DNA of 63,594 nt, filler included, from Phoronis australis (lineage: Eukaryota > Animalia > Phoronida): the NCBI GenBank assembly GCA_002633005.1. It is 5 parts of 5 records of this genome, joined end to end, with 100 filler letters (N's around TTAATTAATTAA, not from the genome) between each part and the next. Parts side by side here need not be neighbours in the genome. Positions count along the whole stretch, not along the records: positions 1 to 14,127 come from NMRA01001278.1; 4 more parts are not named here. The stretch is one strand, 5' to 3'. Of the stretch, positions 1-13,600 are shown piece after piece. The position numbers and the translations under genes were made by a program. Position 1 is the first letter of the stretch; every line of letters starts with the position of its first letter. The notes below the pieces were generated by a model, which was not told where the DNA came from, did no database searches, and worked only from the letters and a program-made list of their open reading frames with translations.

Positions 1-218
1 CCCTTTTCCGGTGACGTCACATTGACTAACGAGAAACTCGCAAGTGGGCTATTGAAAGTTGCCTCTCAGTTAACAATTCTAATTGGGTTTTGGCTTGAAT
101 TTTCAGCAGGGATAGATTCGTCATGTTTTGTCTCTCTGGGCGGACCTTTTTTGCCCACTTCGTCAAATGGAAGGGCTCGTTCGAGCCCCCCGAGCCCCCC
201 CCCCTGGGTGCGCGCATG
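1..218. mobile_element. Right part of a CA...TG MITE, same family as 15747-15967
   Basis: Ends in GGGTGCGCGCATG, the inverse of the CATGCGCGCACCC terminus at 15747. Shares the internal segment GTCTCTC.GGG.CGGACCTTTTTGCCCACTTCG.CAAATGG with about 15903-15944. The left end is outside the window. Confidence 0.7.
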
Positions 219-1393
219 ATAGGAGAGGTTAGTTCAGATGCGCGGGCTCGTGTCAGCAGTGGCCCAGCACGCGATGCTAGACCGCCACTCTCGTGGGTAC
301 TGAACTGAAAATCATAAAAGTGATTGAGATCTCTTTAGATCTGTCGTGGTTTGGGTGTTATCTTGAGATTCACGTAATAAATAAATGAAAAGTACTAAAA
401 ATGTTGTGGTGCCAAGTACCGGGTATTCCGGTTCCCGATATCGCGGCCCAAGCTCAATAAAACGTTGCAACTTGGTCAAAAAACATTCGCCGTAATGAAA
501 AGTTGTTTGATTAAACAAACAGTGCCACTTAATTTCAGTCATTTTAGTAAGTTAACTCCTCTAAAAAGATTTGGCAAAACTTTTGGTATTTTTTATTAAA
601 CGTGACCTTGGAACATACGTAAAAGGGCAGTAAACAAGACAAGTCTATAAAACTTCTCTGTAAAGGTTTGTCAACGACAACTTTCATTCACAGAAGGACG
701 TTAAGAATGTAGTGTTGCTAAAAATGTCGGAACAGTCACGAACATTTTTAATAAACAGTACGAAATATTTGGCTACAGTACAGCATTTAGTATCACTGAA
801 GCAGAGTCAACCAAATACAAAACTTTGGAATTAACGCAGTAGCCAATTTATGTCTCACATATTAAGTTATTCGTGAGGGCGCAGACCTGACAATATTTTT
901 AGAAATCATTTACACTTAAAGCTTAAAGGTAACGAAAGTTACAACAAATTTGGTGAAACGAACATTTATTAAATTATAATTCAATTAGGGCGCTCTTTAC
1001 GAAAAAGCCTTGTAATAAAATCAAAATACACGCCAACAAATGACTTGTTACACTTTAAACAACAAACAATCATCACGTGGTAACGGTAACGGCTGTTTCA
1101 GTTAAAGTTGCACATATCTCTGATTCTAAAGATATTAAAATCTCAATTTCACTCAAAACGAATCCTGAATCGGAATAAGCAGAGGAGAGCACCATAAACC
1201 GCTTCAACAATTACTTAAAAGTCCTACTTGTCAAATACTGGATATCGCCAGGCCTGTATCACTAGCTAGCCACGAAAGTATCCAAGATGATCTAGGAAAG
1301 TCTGGAACCACTGTCTCTCCGAAAACAACAACTCTTCTTAATCCTTACCGTGGCAAGCAAGGCGAAACACCCGATCGACGTAAGCTCTAATAA

Positions 1394-1937
1394 GCACGAA
1401 CTTTAAATAGCGTGTAAAAATTAAATAACGACATATCTATCCAATCCAACGTTTCGGTTTACTTCATTAAACCATTCTCAAGAAAGCAGTTACAAAGACA
1501 AAACAAGCGACACAGGTAGAGAAGAGACTGTACAGGTACACATCAAAATGCATTGTGAGGGGAGAGACCAGGCGTGCGTTCAGTAGACGCTAGGACCTAC
1601 GCTGGGACCTAGCCAAAAGCTAGTCAAGGTCACGTGCTCGTATTCAAAATACACGGCAATATCTCGCGTAATCTCGCAAAGTCTTGCTTTTAAGCTAGGT
1701 CCTAGCGTTACTGAACGGGAGGCAGAAATCAGAACAGTTGGAGCTCAAATGAACCAATGTGTCTATTGAGGTACGGCTCAGCATGGTTCAACTGTATATG
1801 CATAGCCTCCTTTATGAGGAGCCTCAGGTTTTGTGTTTGTAACTGCTTCCTTGAGAATGGTTTAATGAAATAAACCGAAACGGATTGGATAGATATCTTG
1901 TCGTTATTTACTTACGCGCTAATTTTAAAGTTCGTGC
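1394..1937. mobile_element. MITE with ~100-bp terminal inverted repeats
   Basis: 1394-1497 (GCACGAACTTTAAA...CCATTCTCAAGAAAGCAGTTACAAA) is the imperfect reverse complement of 1837-1937 (TTTGTAACTGCTTCCTTGAGAATGG...TTTAAAGTTCGTGC). Confidence 0.8.
1571..1723. mobile_element. ~150-bp MITE (GTTCAGTA...TACTGAAC family) nested in the 1394-1937 MITE
   Basis: Close copy at 60313-60465 and related copies at 40034-40184 and 42266-42416. Inverted core CGTTCAGTA / TACTGAACG. Confidence 0.75.
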
Positions 1938-1954
1938 ATCTGTTCTGGCCAAAA

Positions 1955-4210
1955 TCAAATGTAATCAAGCTCTAATAACTTGCACAGAATAACGGGTGAC
2001 CACAATGTGTCGTTTGTTGAAGGCCACTGGAAAAGCTCCTCCCTGTTGTTGAATGAAATTTCAACCTCGACGTCTTCATTGTCTACCTCCATCGTTTTCC
2101 CCACGTACGGCCACTGATTCAATGACGACAAACTCGCCAACTTAGTGAATACGCTGAGTTCTTCACATGATGCGGTATTGCCGCTAAGCTCATCACACAG
2201 CTTCAATCAAGAGTCTGCAAAATAACATTACGTACTTGCTGAGATGACGTCTTTCCCTTCACTTTTTGTACGCTTGAAATGAGGTTGTACCTTTGACTGA
2301 CAGAAATGTACACGATTTAATTTCTCCACCCCTTTTTTCACGCTTTTCACTGCCAAAATTGTTTGTCCACTTCAATCTTGTTCAACTCAGTGAATTGTTG
2401 CTTGTTGTGCACTCACATTCTCGTTGGCCAGGCGTTATGTGCCACAGATCTCAGTCATCACAAGCGTCCTTCCCACGTCGCACGGTATCAAAACGTAGAT
2501 ATGGTGACAGTTATCTCAAAAACGTATCTATTCTGACTTTTTAGGCTATCAATCCAGAAGTGGACGTGTTCAACATTTTGAAGCTCTTGTAGAACGTTTC
2601 AAAGAACTTCCCCAGGACTGAAAGGACTGCAGTTGAAGAAGCATGTGTTTAAACCCCCCTCGGGCCAGGACCCAAAAATTAAAAAAAACAAAAGCGTCTC
2701 CAGCAAAACAAACTACGGCACCGCCAGCGTGTGTAAACCCCAAGTAAACCAACTTGGAAAAAATTGAGGGGGGGGTTCACTCTGAAAATATAGTTTTTTG
2801 CATTGTGAATTGCTGAGTCTTTGTGGCTCATTGGCAAAACGCGCGGGGATTTATTGTGCGCGCGCTTCCGTCGACACTTCTGAAGTAGCCAAGCATTTTA
2901 GATGGATTCACCAGTGAAAGAGCAGTTCTATAGCTGATTTCTTTAGGTAACTAGCTTCTTTACTCTAAGATATATTTTGATTTGATTAGGGGAAATACTG
3001 CGGTGCCGCAACCCTGATATTCAGGCGAATTGACGTGCAACGTTTTTACCTCATCTGTCATGCCGTGTCATTCTATTACACTCAACACGTTTTTAACTGG
3101 TGTATAGTAAAGTTGTCTTGCGCAATATCATACAGTGTACATGTACATGTAATATTGTGTACATCAGGGTAAAGACCAGTTGAAGAATAGCATCCTTCTC
3201 AGCAAGGTTTTGCTTTATGTTTCTAACCTCGAAGTATTGCTTTTGAATTCTTTCGACGTGATGCTTGAAGTTATTCACACTTCTTTCTCTCACTGTATGA
3301 AATCGTCATTCGTCTGCATTACTTTTTGAACGATCTTCATCTTCTATTTTCTGTCTGCATCTTTGATGTGCTTCCATGTGGAATAAGATATCTTCGCAGA
3401 AACATGAGTCAGCTACCACGTTTCGAAGTATGAAATAGTCTTCAGGTTTCGAAGTTGAAACGCCGGCTTATTTCAGCATATTTTGAGCTTGAATACGAAG
3501 TTCTGATGTTTAGTGCATAAACATGTACTCCTGCTCATGAAGTCAATCGGGAGTATATATTTTGGTCTGGTCCCCTTGAAAATGGACAAGAACAACGCAG
3601 AGACTTGTGGGGGCAAGTACTTCTGGTGCAAATTGTCTAAGTAGTCGATCAATATCTAGGCTTGAATTCTCCTTTTTCGCAAGTCAAGGTAACGTTCTTC
3701 CCTGGATTAGCCCGACAACTGTCTTCTCTTTCAAGAAAGGATAAAATGATATGTTTATATATTCACTAAGGTCATGCCTTGTTTCTCTGTTGCTTACTCG
3801 TTCTTTGAACGGGCCCTTGCAACTATGTTACGCCGATTCACACTTGAATTGCTTAATCCTGACATACACCTGTCACAAGCTTTCCATCAAGTGAGCCATA
3901 AATACTTCGCGTCTTGTGCTGGTGTCTGTTGCAACCTTTCGTTTAATCGCATCAGCGATCACGTTATAGACTGAAAGCTTTTGCGAACTTCAACCCCGTG
4001 CTTGTTTGAATTAGTGAGGCGTAACTCTGTCATCACTTCATTAGTTTTATTTTTGGGTGTCGCGCAAATCTTTTTCAATTCCATCCACTCAGTGCACTTT
4101 TCGTTGAATTACTTTTACTTTTTCCTTAGTATGTCAATCTGGTTTCTTTAAATTCTTCACATTTCTACATGGTTTTGACAACACTTAATTCTTTTGCGCG
4201 GGGCATTTTT
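1955..4210 (-). mobile_element. Decayed Sola2-type DDD transposase pseudogene
   Basis: Minus-strand motifs in the expected order, with frameshifts: FLEREDSCRANPG (~3700-3740), RPKYILPIDFMSRSTCLCTKHQN (CxCxxHxN, ~3500-3570), HVERIQKQYFEVRNIKQNL..DAILQ (3180-3260), HVHFWIDS..SQ (~2530-2565), RGKDACD..KRLA-like (~2425-2490), and YVGK..VDNEDVEV...FQWPSTNDTLW (2000-2110). An unrelated insert lies at about 2810-3170. Confidence 0.75.
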
Positions 4211-4324
4211 TCTAGCAGATGGCCATTTTACCACCGGCCTTTCCGAATCCCCAAGTGTAGTCAAGGTATTGTTTGTCTGAGCTCAAACCACCCACGGGAA
4301 CATAATTACGTTTAGGAGCAGCTT

Positions 4325-4378
4325 CAGTACTAGTACGAAGGTGCACTAGTACGAAGATCTACTAATACGGAGGAACCC
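4325..4378. repeat. Fragment of a ~15-bp tandem subterminal repeat array (ACTAGTACGAAGGT-like), probable DNA transposon end
   Basis: Three units: ACTAGTACGAAGGTGC / ACTAGTACGAAGATCT / ACTAATACGGAGG. Architecture resembles the ends of 62073-62954. Confidence 0.4.
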
Positions 4379-5972
4379 TATGAGCCACGACATTTGTTGA
4401 ACGTCGTTTGAATATAGTATTTTTAAATATCAGCTAATTAGCGTCGGGCGCATCAGATGAAACCTAACAATAAGAGAGCTGGACTATGTAAACGTTGTTT
4501 TTCCACTGTCAAACTCGTAACGACAAGGCTGTACTCCCCGGCGACAGGTCCACCAGGCAGTCGGGATACTCATGCCACAGCGCAGGTGAGTGGTCTTTTC
4601 TGGCAAGAGAACTTTTGCTCTTCATTGTTCCTCTGTGTTTCCGCCCGAGTTAAGGCCATCGCAAACCACTCCCAGTGAAAAAGTAAACGAAAAAAGTACA
4701 AGTTTTCCCACCTATTCCTATCAAATTGGAACTGACATGTAGCCAAGCATAACACACTCAAGTTATTCTGCTGGACATATTTAATGTCAACTTTCAGTAC
4801 ACAGTAATCCTACGGGTATGTAATAATCTTTTGAAACAAATCAGTAATATTGAACTGGAGACAGGGAGATCGCTCACTTGCTAAAGTAGTTTTTACAACC
4901 GCCGGGTTGTTGTCTGCTGTCATGAACGGACTTGACATACATGCGTCTAACGAACAGGAACATAATTTTCATTCTGAGAACAATTTTGGGAACTTCATGG
5001 TAACTAATGATTCCGTGACGTTTATGTTTCATTGTACGTGTAATGCTAATACGGCAGCGCATTTGACTTAACCTATACCATAAATGACGTCATCAGTACC
5101 AATGAACTATATTTTTTATATCATTGCATCAGTACATCTAGAAAGCACCATGATATCTCTATCGTACATCTCGTGGAATTTAGAGTAAATCCGCGCTTGG
5201 TTACGTCTTAAAAACATGCGCGCAAAATCTGGAATGAAGTAGCCCAGCTGTGATCAGCATGAATATTTTCCGACTTAATTTAAGGTGACTACCAACTCTA
5301 TAGTATAAAGTCTGTAATTAAAAAGTTACATCTGTAACATCAGTTCATACTCAATTACACAAACATCGGGTGAAGTCGATCGTTAGCCTACCTATTATAA
5401 ATTGGGGACGGGTCATTCGCGTTTCTATAAACTCACTAGTTGCAGATGCAATCCAACTGACTCCTTGCCTCATATCAAACAAATGAAAAATAAGAAATTG
5501 TTATCGTTTAGGCCATCAGGGTGCCAAACCGAAATATTGGATCTGCAAGAGTAACGATCACTTTGAGGACTTGTGAAAAATATCCTATTGCTTCATGTAA
5601 ATAAAATTTTCCCGTCCTGTCTTGTAAAAATGCTTGGTGTCCGGCAAAATCCGGTATCTCATGTGGCGACATCACTTACACCCGGCACTTTTATTGAACT
5701 TCACGACGCTGATGTTGGTTCGTTCCTTGACCTAGAATTATCTCCCCTGTCCCAGGTGTGATTGACGCCATTTTGGGCAGACCCAACTTCCTGCTGTGAT
5801 TACTCGAAGAGTATCGTTTTTATGTTATCTGAAAAATGACATGAAAGTGTCGTATATTACAGGTAGGTAGTTCAAAAGCTCTCAGATTCATTTTAGAGAT
5901 TGTTGCACTTCCAGGTTTGCGGATTCCGACGTGAGCTTAAACGTTTAATGTGTTCAGATTAGTGTTTACAAT

Positions 5973-7490
5973 TGACGCTCACTTCTCGACCTCACTCCTC
6001 AGTGAGGATGTCACACCAGCCAACCATCCAGCCAGCCAGCTGTATGAAGACAATCGTCAAATTACAACTAGGAACCGCTGTGTGTTAACTTCTCATAGAC
6101 ATTGAAATTTTACATCGACCACGGTAGTTCTTCTCTTCACCTCGTTGTGAAACTTTACTAACTACTATATACTGGGGAACCCAATGTTCGTCCGCCTAAG
6201 CATAAAACCGACTTGCTGTTGTACTCACCGAATTATTCCACTTCAAAGTTATGATCTGAATAGGATTCGATTTAACTCTCACAGATATACCGCATTCATC
6301 GATTCGGAAGTTTTCTTTAATTTGTGCCGAGTTATTTCAAATGTGCACTGCCTTCGGCAGCCATTTTATTGTGACACCTAAGTTCGTCATATGCTGCCCC
6401 CTTTTGTAAAAACTGAGAAACATGCAGAAAAAGGCCAACGAAGTAATGAAAATTGCAACAGCCTGTTTTTATTGACATAAACTCGATTTGAAGCTTTGAT
6501 GTTGAGCTCTGCACTGTGGTTTCCAATAAAAGCCAATTGGACAACATTTCAATGCAGTTTAATGGTGAATGCGTGAGGCAAAAATGTTAAGAACCCAGCG
6601 TATCGCATTTGTCTGCGGATTTTTCCTTTGGCCTTCTAGATCCTACTAGTGCCTGGGACAAACAGATACATTGCATAAACAAACCCTGGATCATGTTTTG
6701 TGTCCCGTCGGAAGAAAATTTAAATTCGAAAACATCTTCTGAAAACGCACAAAAAAGTGTATTAGTAAAATCTACTGATTTTTAAGTGGTTTTAAAAAAC
6801 AATCGGTAAACTCACCGATTTTTGTCTCATTACTTTGATACGTGTCTCTTCCGATAAGTTAGTACCTAACGTGCACACGAGCACTCCAAATTGGAACGCT
6901 AAGTCCCGCGTGGTTGCGCTGCACGCGAAACAAGATGGCGGACGAACTTTGGAGCCTGACGAAAATAGGTAACCGGACGATACTAGAGCTAATGACCGGT
7001 CGAGGCACTGCATGCAAAATCTTACTCTTGACCAAAGGTAGTGACCAATGCAATGGACCCCGCAGGCGTACACAAACAATAGCATACCTCATAAAAAGTT
7101 AGTCATTTCAAAATACAATTAATAAAATTGAATTGAAAGAAACATGTATAGATACGCATTCAGTTATAATTAACACATACGGTGACTCTGAAGACAATTT
7201 AGTCAATATAATTTGAACATATCCTCGAAAATCACTGTCTAGTCTAGGCTCATTCCAGATTCCCTTGCCAAGTGCTATTTTAAAGAAGTTACACAAAATT
7301 TAGCCAGCCAGCTAGCTGTATGAAGACTTTCGTCAAAATACAGCTAGGTACCACTGTGTGTATTTCTTCCGTCCGAAATTGCACACAGCCAGGGTAGTTC
7401 TGCTCGTCACTTCGCCATGAAACTTGCATCAACATGTAAAGCTAAAGACCGGATGGGGTGCATGCAAAATCTGGGAGTCAAGCGACACTC
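5973..7490. repeat. Two diverged ~130-bp direct repeats, each led by a (CCAG)n microsatellite; possibly Helentron-associated (HINE-like)
   Basis: 6029-6157 resembles 7301-7428 (GCCAGCCAGC.GTATGAAGAC...CTAGG.ACC.CTGTGTGT...GGTAGTTCT...TGAAACTT). The hairpin CCTCACT-cctc-AGTGAGG at about 5990-6007 precedes the first copy. Confidence 0.4.
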
Positions 7491-10400
7491 ACCTTGCCTG
7501 TTACAGCCGTTTAAGTGAAAAAACAATGCAATAAACGTCATATTCTTGCGTAACTCTCTGCCTTTTCTAACAACGAAAAGTATGTTGTCGTTTTGAAAAC
7601 AGTATGCTCGTGTCACGCGCACGCTCCATTTCCTAAATTTTTGCGACAACTTCGCAGCAGCAAAATTTGTTTTGAAATTGAGTTTTTCGGTATCGAAATT
7701 CCAATAATTTGATGTGACGTGTACACAAGCTTGTGAAAGACCAACAGTTGATTGAAGAATCGGCGAAAAAAGAAACTGGCCAATAGGTGAGGCAATATTT
7801 CATGGCGCCGAAAGCTGTCACCAAAGATCGCTCCACAACTTTAACAGCAGAATAACGGTAAAATGCCATTTTTTCCATCACCGTTAAATAATTTTGTTTA
7901 CTCAAGGAAGACTGTAGTTTTTAATGACACTAATTTTGTGTCAGATTTTATCTAGCACTTTTTTACCCACATCAGTGCAAAGCTGTATTTAGTATACAGC
8001 TTTGTACCAAGGCTATGCAAAATCGTGCCAGCTGATGAACAAAAAGTCCAAGGGACACAAATCTGACAAAACCCTCCTGATATCTTCCCATGGTACTTTT
8101 TGCAAGTGTCTACCATGTCACGCGCTTTTTGTGGCCTAATTTGCGTGACGTCAGTTAAAATACTTTATGGTTATCGCGAGCAGTGAAAAAGTTAAAGGCG
8201 ATCAAAAGATGGAGTTGGAATTCTTTGCCACTAGTATACATGCTTCATTGAGGATTTGTGTAGAAATTCAAGAAAATAACTACGGTTTTAAAACTTGACT
8301 TGTTATTTTCTTGAATTTATGCTGCTACTTGCTATCATGGAGATTTGTGTAGAACTAGAAAGGTTCTCTGAAGAAAGTTTAGCACTTTTTAAGTGAGAAT
8401 GTTAAGTATAAAATGTGTTTTTGACGCCATGAAAACCTTTTATTCGGTAATCGGATTAGGAATATCGCCCGTTTAAAATACACAGGAATGAGATTAGTAT
8501 AGAAACTGATGAAATGTATTGTAATCAGAACAATCAATTCTGTTTCTGACATTACTATTATCCAAATGTAGGGAATTTTAGATTTAGTTTTAGAAAGTTT
8601 GGGAACCAGACTGTCGGGTCCTGCCTGGTACAATGCCAAAATATCAATGACTGCATGCCCCTTCTTGGGAAGTGTACCATAATATGTATTTGGTCTGCAT
8701 ATCTGCTGAATGCTTTGCCACCTCTGTCTCTCTGAAATAAGTACCTGTTCAAAGGTAATCATAAAAACATGAAGAATGACATTTAATCTGCACTTTCTAT
8801 CATAAACAATGGTGCTGGTTTCAGTTTTGTGCTATAAGTATAAGGACATCACATAACTGTCAGTGGAGGTTTCACTCTTCCATTATCTGATTTGGCTCTT
8901 TGCTCAAAATTTCGTGAGACCTAATTTTTGTTTTGTAAAAAACAGCGTCACATTCATAACTTCATCATTACCTGCGATTATCTTAGCCACTACCGGGAGT
9001 ACATAAGTGAGTGGTCTTGTAAGTTGAGTGCAGTCTGACGCTGGTTCCTAAAGTTCTTGACATCAAACACTATTCCCTGCAACCAAACTGTGTTCAAAGC
9101 AACCAGAATTAGTGGCTATATTTGGGTGGATTGGACATTTTTTGAGGGTGCAAGTTACTTGGTTACTTTCCAGCTCATAGTACGCTTACTGCGACAACAT
9201 ATCATGATGCGACCTCTGGAGTCCGTGTACTGCAAAATCATTAAGCCAAAGTTTTACAGAAGCAATCAATGCTCATGTTAGTGGTATTTGCCTGAAATCT
9301 GAATTAACGCATGATTGGTTTGTAGCACACACGCAGCTGCTTTATCTGAAAAGCCATAGGTGTATTATAATTTAATATTGGGTTTCTGAGCACATTTGCA
9401 GTCAGGAACACCGCAGAACCTTCACTACAGGATTGCCTGCTAAGTTGATAGACTGCTTTGAAAAATAGGCATCACACCATACTTCTTCAAAATAGTAAGA
9501 CACACTCATCACATTCTCTATTGATGTCATTTTCGTCGCACCTCGTATTGTGACACCAATTGGTTTAATGAGGTCGACAGAGATCGAAGTGGTATGGACA
9601 CACTGATTATTAAAAAAAGAAGAAAAGAAACATTTGAACTGGGTAGCATGTGCCTTTAAAAACATGGCAAGTTCCTAGCCACACGTGTATGTCTTCGACA
9701 AGCTCAGCCATACATGCGATGACGGAAATTTGTGGCTTCAGATTTTTTAATCAACTTTGTTGTCTTGCTGTTTCATGAACCTTTCAGGAGACGTGAAATT
9801 ATACTGTACTGATTTCTCATGGTAAACTATATCTTTCCAAGTTATTAACAGATTTTTCGCAGTGTTCTCTCTGCTAGTTTTGTTTTTACCTGAGGAGTTG
9901 TCATTGATTTGAAGAAAACAATGAGTAATTATGTCACTCCATATGATAGTTGACAATTCAGTGTATGTTTCTATTGATTTGTAGTATGCGTTTATTGAAA
10001 AACCTGATGCCGAGTACCGGATTTCTCATAATTCTGTTTTTGTGAGTATTGAGACTTGCAAAATTTCAAAGCAGGGCACAAACGAGTATAGACTCAATGC
10101 TGAGGAATTTGTCAAATTGTTTTGTCCAAGTTTATTTTTTGTTTGCTCATTGTACATTGGGAGGTATATTTATGATCTAACATCCTCCAACGTCTAATAT
10201 GCATTACAGCTTTAAGTCTAAAATGAACTGAGTCATGCCGGAAGCTGTCTCATCTAATGCAGTTGCTACAGAGCTGTAACCTAAACCCCTGTAGATGGGA
10301 AGGCATACTTCAGTTTACTCTCTTACAATTTGCATATAAAATTTCATTTTCCCTGAATATCTCAACAACTGTTATTGATGTCTGGTTGTCTGTACTGTGT

Positions 10401-10691
10401 ATGTGCCAAGCATGCTGCCAGAACATGGCCTGATGCTTGGCTCTCCTGTAATTAACTGGCTTATGGTATGAACATTCTGAAGAGATGTGAGTGACAGAAA
10501 CAAAGCAACTCAACTGTTGTGTATACCCAAGAGAATGAAATTGCGTGTGTGTGTGAACGAACTTCTATCATAGGCCATCTAATGTTCAAGATTTCTTTAT
10601 CCATCATTTGGCCTAAATGGTAAAATTTAATTGTGTTTTATTATTTTATGAGTGATGAAAACCGCAGCGGTTGAACTGGCTAAAACAGTAA

Positions 10692-13600
10692 GGGTCATTC
10701 CACATGAAATCACCCAGAGGGTGTCGGGTCACCGTCTCAGAATTGGATGAAAATTTACTGAGATGTTAGTCATAGTACACAATGATTACCTGCAAAATTT
10801 TTTTCACGTAAGTTAAAGGGTCTCCGAGATATGGCCCTTCAAAATATTGGGTGCCACGCCCATTTTTGACCTCGCGAATTGAAACTGTGATTTTTTCAGA
10901 TTTTGGAGGTCTGTCACTTCAAAATTAAGCATTGGATTGTTCTGAAAATGCTTGTATGAATTAACTGGATACCAGGCTGTCAGAATCAATCACCAGAGTT
11001 CACTTGGCTAATGTCACACCTGAACTGAGGGGGCCCCAAATGCCAAAAAAACGTGATCGCGAATCCTGAAATCGATTTTTGATTGGCTCCAGAATGTTAA
11101 ATAAAAGAAATTAAAGCACTTTAACAGTCAATAAGTATATTCCTTGTCACTGTTAACTGTAACAAGTAATAAACAACTTATTTTGGTGGTCAATGTTGAA
11201 GCTATGTGGCACTAAAAAGCAGTTTCAGTTAAGTAACGCATTTCTTCAGCCATTTTTGGCACCCGAAAAACCAATGTCTGCAGTTTACAATGATATTGAA
11301 TTTTTTCTCACATAATGAAACATGTATGAAGATTATAAAACCAAAAAAAAAATTTTGTGTTTGAAACTCCTTCATGGTTTAACGACTCTTTCTTAAATCG
11401 AGGGTTTTCATAAAATTTTCTCATCGGCAATGGCAGCAAGGTCATAATATTGATGGAAGTAATGATTTTCAGGCTCAGGTTATAGAATTTATTCCAAAAG
11501 ACAATGTCATATTGGTTGCAAAGTTTACTTAAATTTTGTCAGGGGCCTTGATGGGGTCATAAGGTCACAACCAACAAAACTCCTTATAAGGAAAAAACGA
11601 AAGCTTCAAGTGAGAAATGCACACGTAACAGCCAATACGATTCATCATCCTGAAAATAGCAACCAATAAGATATGTGTCAAAAGTATTTCCATTCAAAAA
11701 AACAGCATCATTTTCTCTTAGTGTCATTCCACATCATGGCAGGCATTCAGGCTAGTGTTGAAGATCACTCCTGTTCTAACACAGCCACTAAAAGCATGCC
11801 TAGTCCATGTAAGATTGGCATTCGCCTTGACAGTCCTTGTTATAAAACATGTTTGAACCGACAACAAGGTGTCATTCTTATAAAAGACCTTGATCAAGAA
11901 AAAAGGAAACTTCTGTCCTGGAGAACTGGATTGTCACTTTTTGATGAAGATTAACTTTGTATGCACCATGATACACAGTTTTTAAGTTGCTATAAAGTAC
12001 TCAGAGATGTTGTGCGGATCCCTTCTTGTGTCACACAAAGGACATTACAAGTAATTCTCACTCACTGCATTGATCAATGTGCTTCTAGGATTACTGAGCT
12101 TTAATGTAGGCTTTAAAAATATATCTGACATGGTTTTGTCTTGTATTGTGAGAATGTTTTATTAAAATTTAGACTACTAATATGGTTCTTAAAATACCAA
12201 AATCATTAGTTTTCACAATTCATGAACAGGCAAAAATGCTCTGGAAGACCATCTGATCCGAGAGCTCCATGACAGTGACCTTAAATTTGATTAGTTATAA
12301 GCAGTGAACGCACATGGACTCTACTATCATCTTGTCAACTTTCACTTCTCTTGTGGAAGCGTTAGTCTATTCCACAAAGCTGGGGATTGCTTTGATTCAC
12401 TCAGTTAACACTATTAACTTGGTGAGGAACCGAATGTCATTATTGCTTTCAACAGGGAAGCTCGGGAATGGCCTCCAGGAGTAGCCCAAGCATTGTGCCG
12501 TCAGCAATGGCGTGATCATGGCGGTATTAATGCCATCATTGTAGCAATTGATGGATCCTTCGATGGTGAAACTAATCGTGCGGGATGGGGTTATCAAATA
12601 CGCTGTGCTAACAACGTCATTGCGGAAGGTAGTGGCTGCCACCAGGTATACACAAGCAGTACGCGGATGGAGTTTGAGGCCATACAACGTGCCCTCAAGC
12701 TGTCACTCTTAAACCTGGAGAATCACACCATTATCTTTGCCACCGATTCCATGGCAGTGTTGATGAGAGTTCAATCTGGAAACCTCCCAGCCAACTGGGG
12801 TGTCTTCCGATCACGCCACCCTCATCATGTAGTGATCTAGTCTTTCGTACCTGGCCACGCCGGTGTCCTGATTAATGAGCGTGCAGATTACCTCGCTGGC
12901 TCATGCACCACCAACCAACCCCTCCACTTATATTCGGCTGACGTTAAGCTGCTGGCCCGCAAACACAGCCTCGAGCAGACTACGTCCCAACTGGCGGAGT
13001 TCAATGATGGCAGCCGACTGCTCGAAGCCGGTATTATTTATGGCCATGCTGCGAAGAGTCACAAGAAGAGCCGTGCCCGAGTGCTGTCTAATCAAATGCT
13101 TACAGGCAACGTCAGCCCTGGAGTTCTGCGCCTTCTGCTGTCACGGGGATGGTCTGGGGAGGGGAATAGTGCATCAGCATATCCCCAATGATCCTGTCCG
13201 TGACAGGTATTATTACAGGTTAACACTATTTTATTTCGAAAGCCCAATCCAAGTATTTAGCTGAAATAAAAGGTAACTTTGCAGTAGACACAGCAATTGT
13301 TATAAAGTTGCAATAAAGGCATGCACAGATGTAGTATCATGCTTCATGCTGTCGAAACTAATACATGCATTTAAACACTGGAGCTCTTCAGTCTTATAAT
13401 ATACTTCGAATGGATGAAGACTATCTTGGGAATTGATCCAATGGAACCCCTGAACTGCATCTTGCACGATAAGATAACTTTCAGCAAAATCTAACATAAC
13501 AATTGCTGTGTCTACTTCAAAATTACCTTTCATTTCAGCTAGATACTTGGATTGGGCTGTGTTAGAACAGGAGTGATCTTCAACACTAGCCGGACTGCCT

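Noticed and set aside
2651-2780. AAACCCCCCTC and GAGGGGGGGGTT as Sola2 GAG termini
   Set aside because: Both fall inside the degenerate minus-strand transposase reading frame, point outward from each other, and have no matching partner ends.
12875-13264. 129-aa ORF overlapping the RNase H region, and antisense ORFs over ENPP exons (40294, 42526, 52907, 54752)
   Set aside because: Alternative-frame or antisense shadows of real coding sequence.
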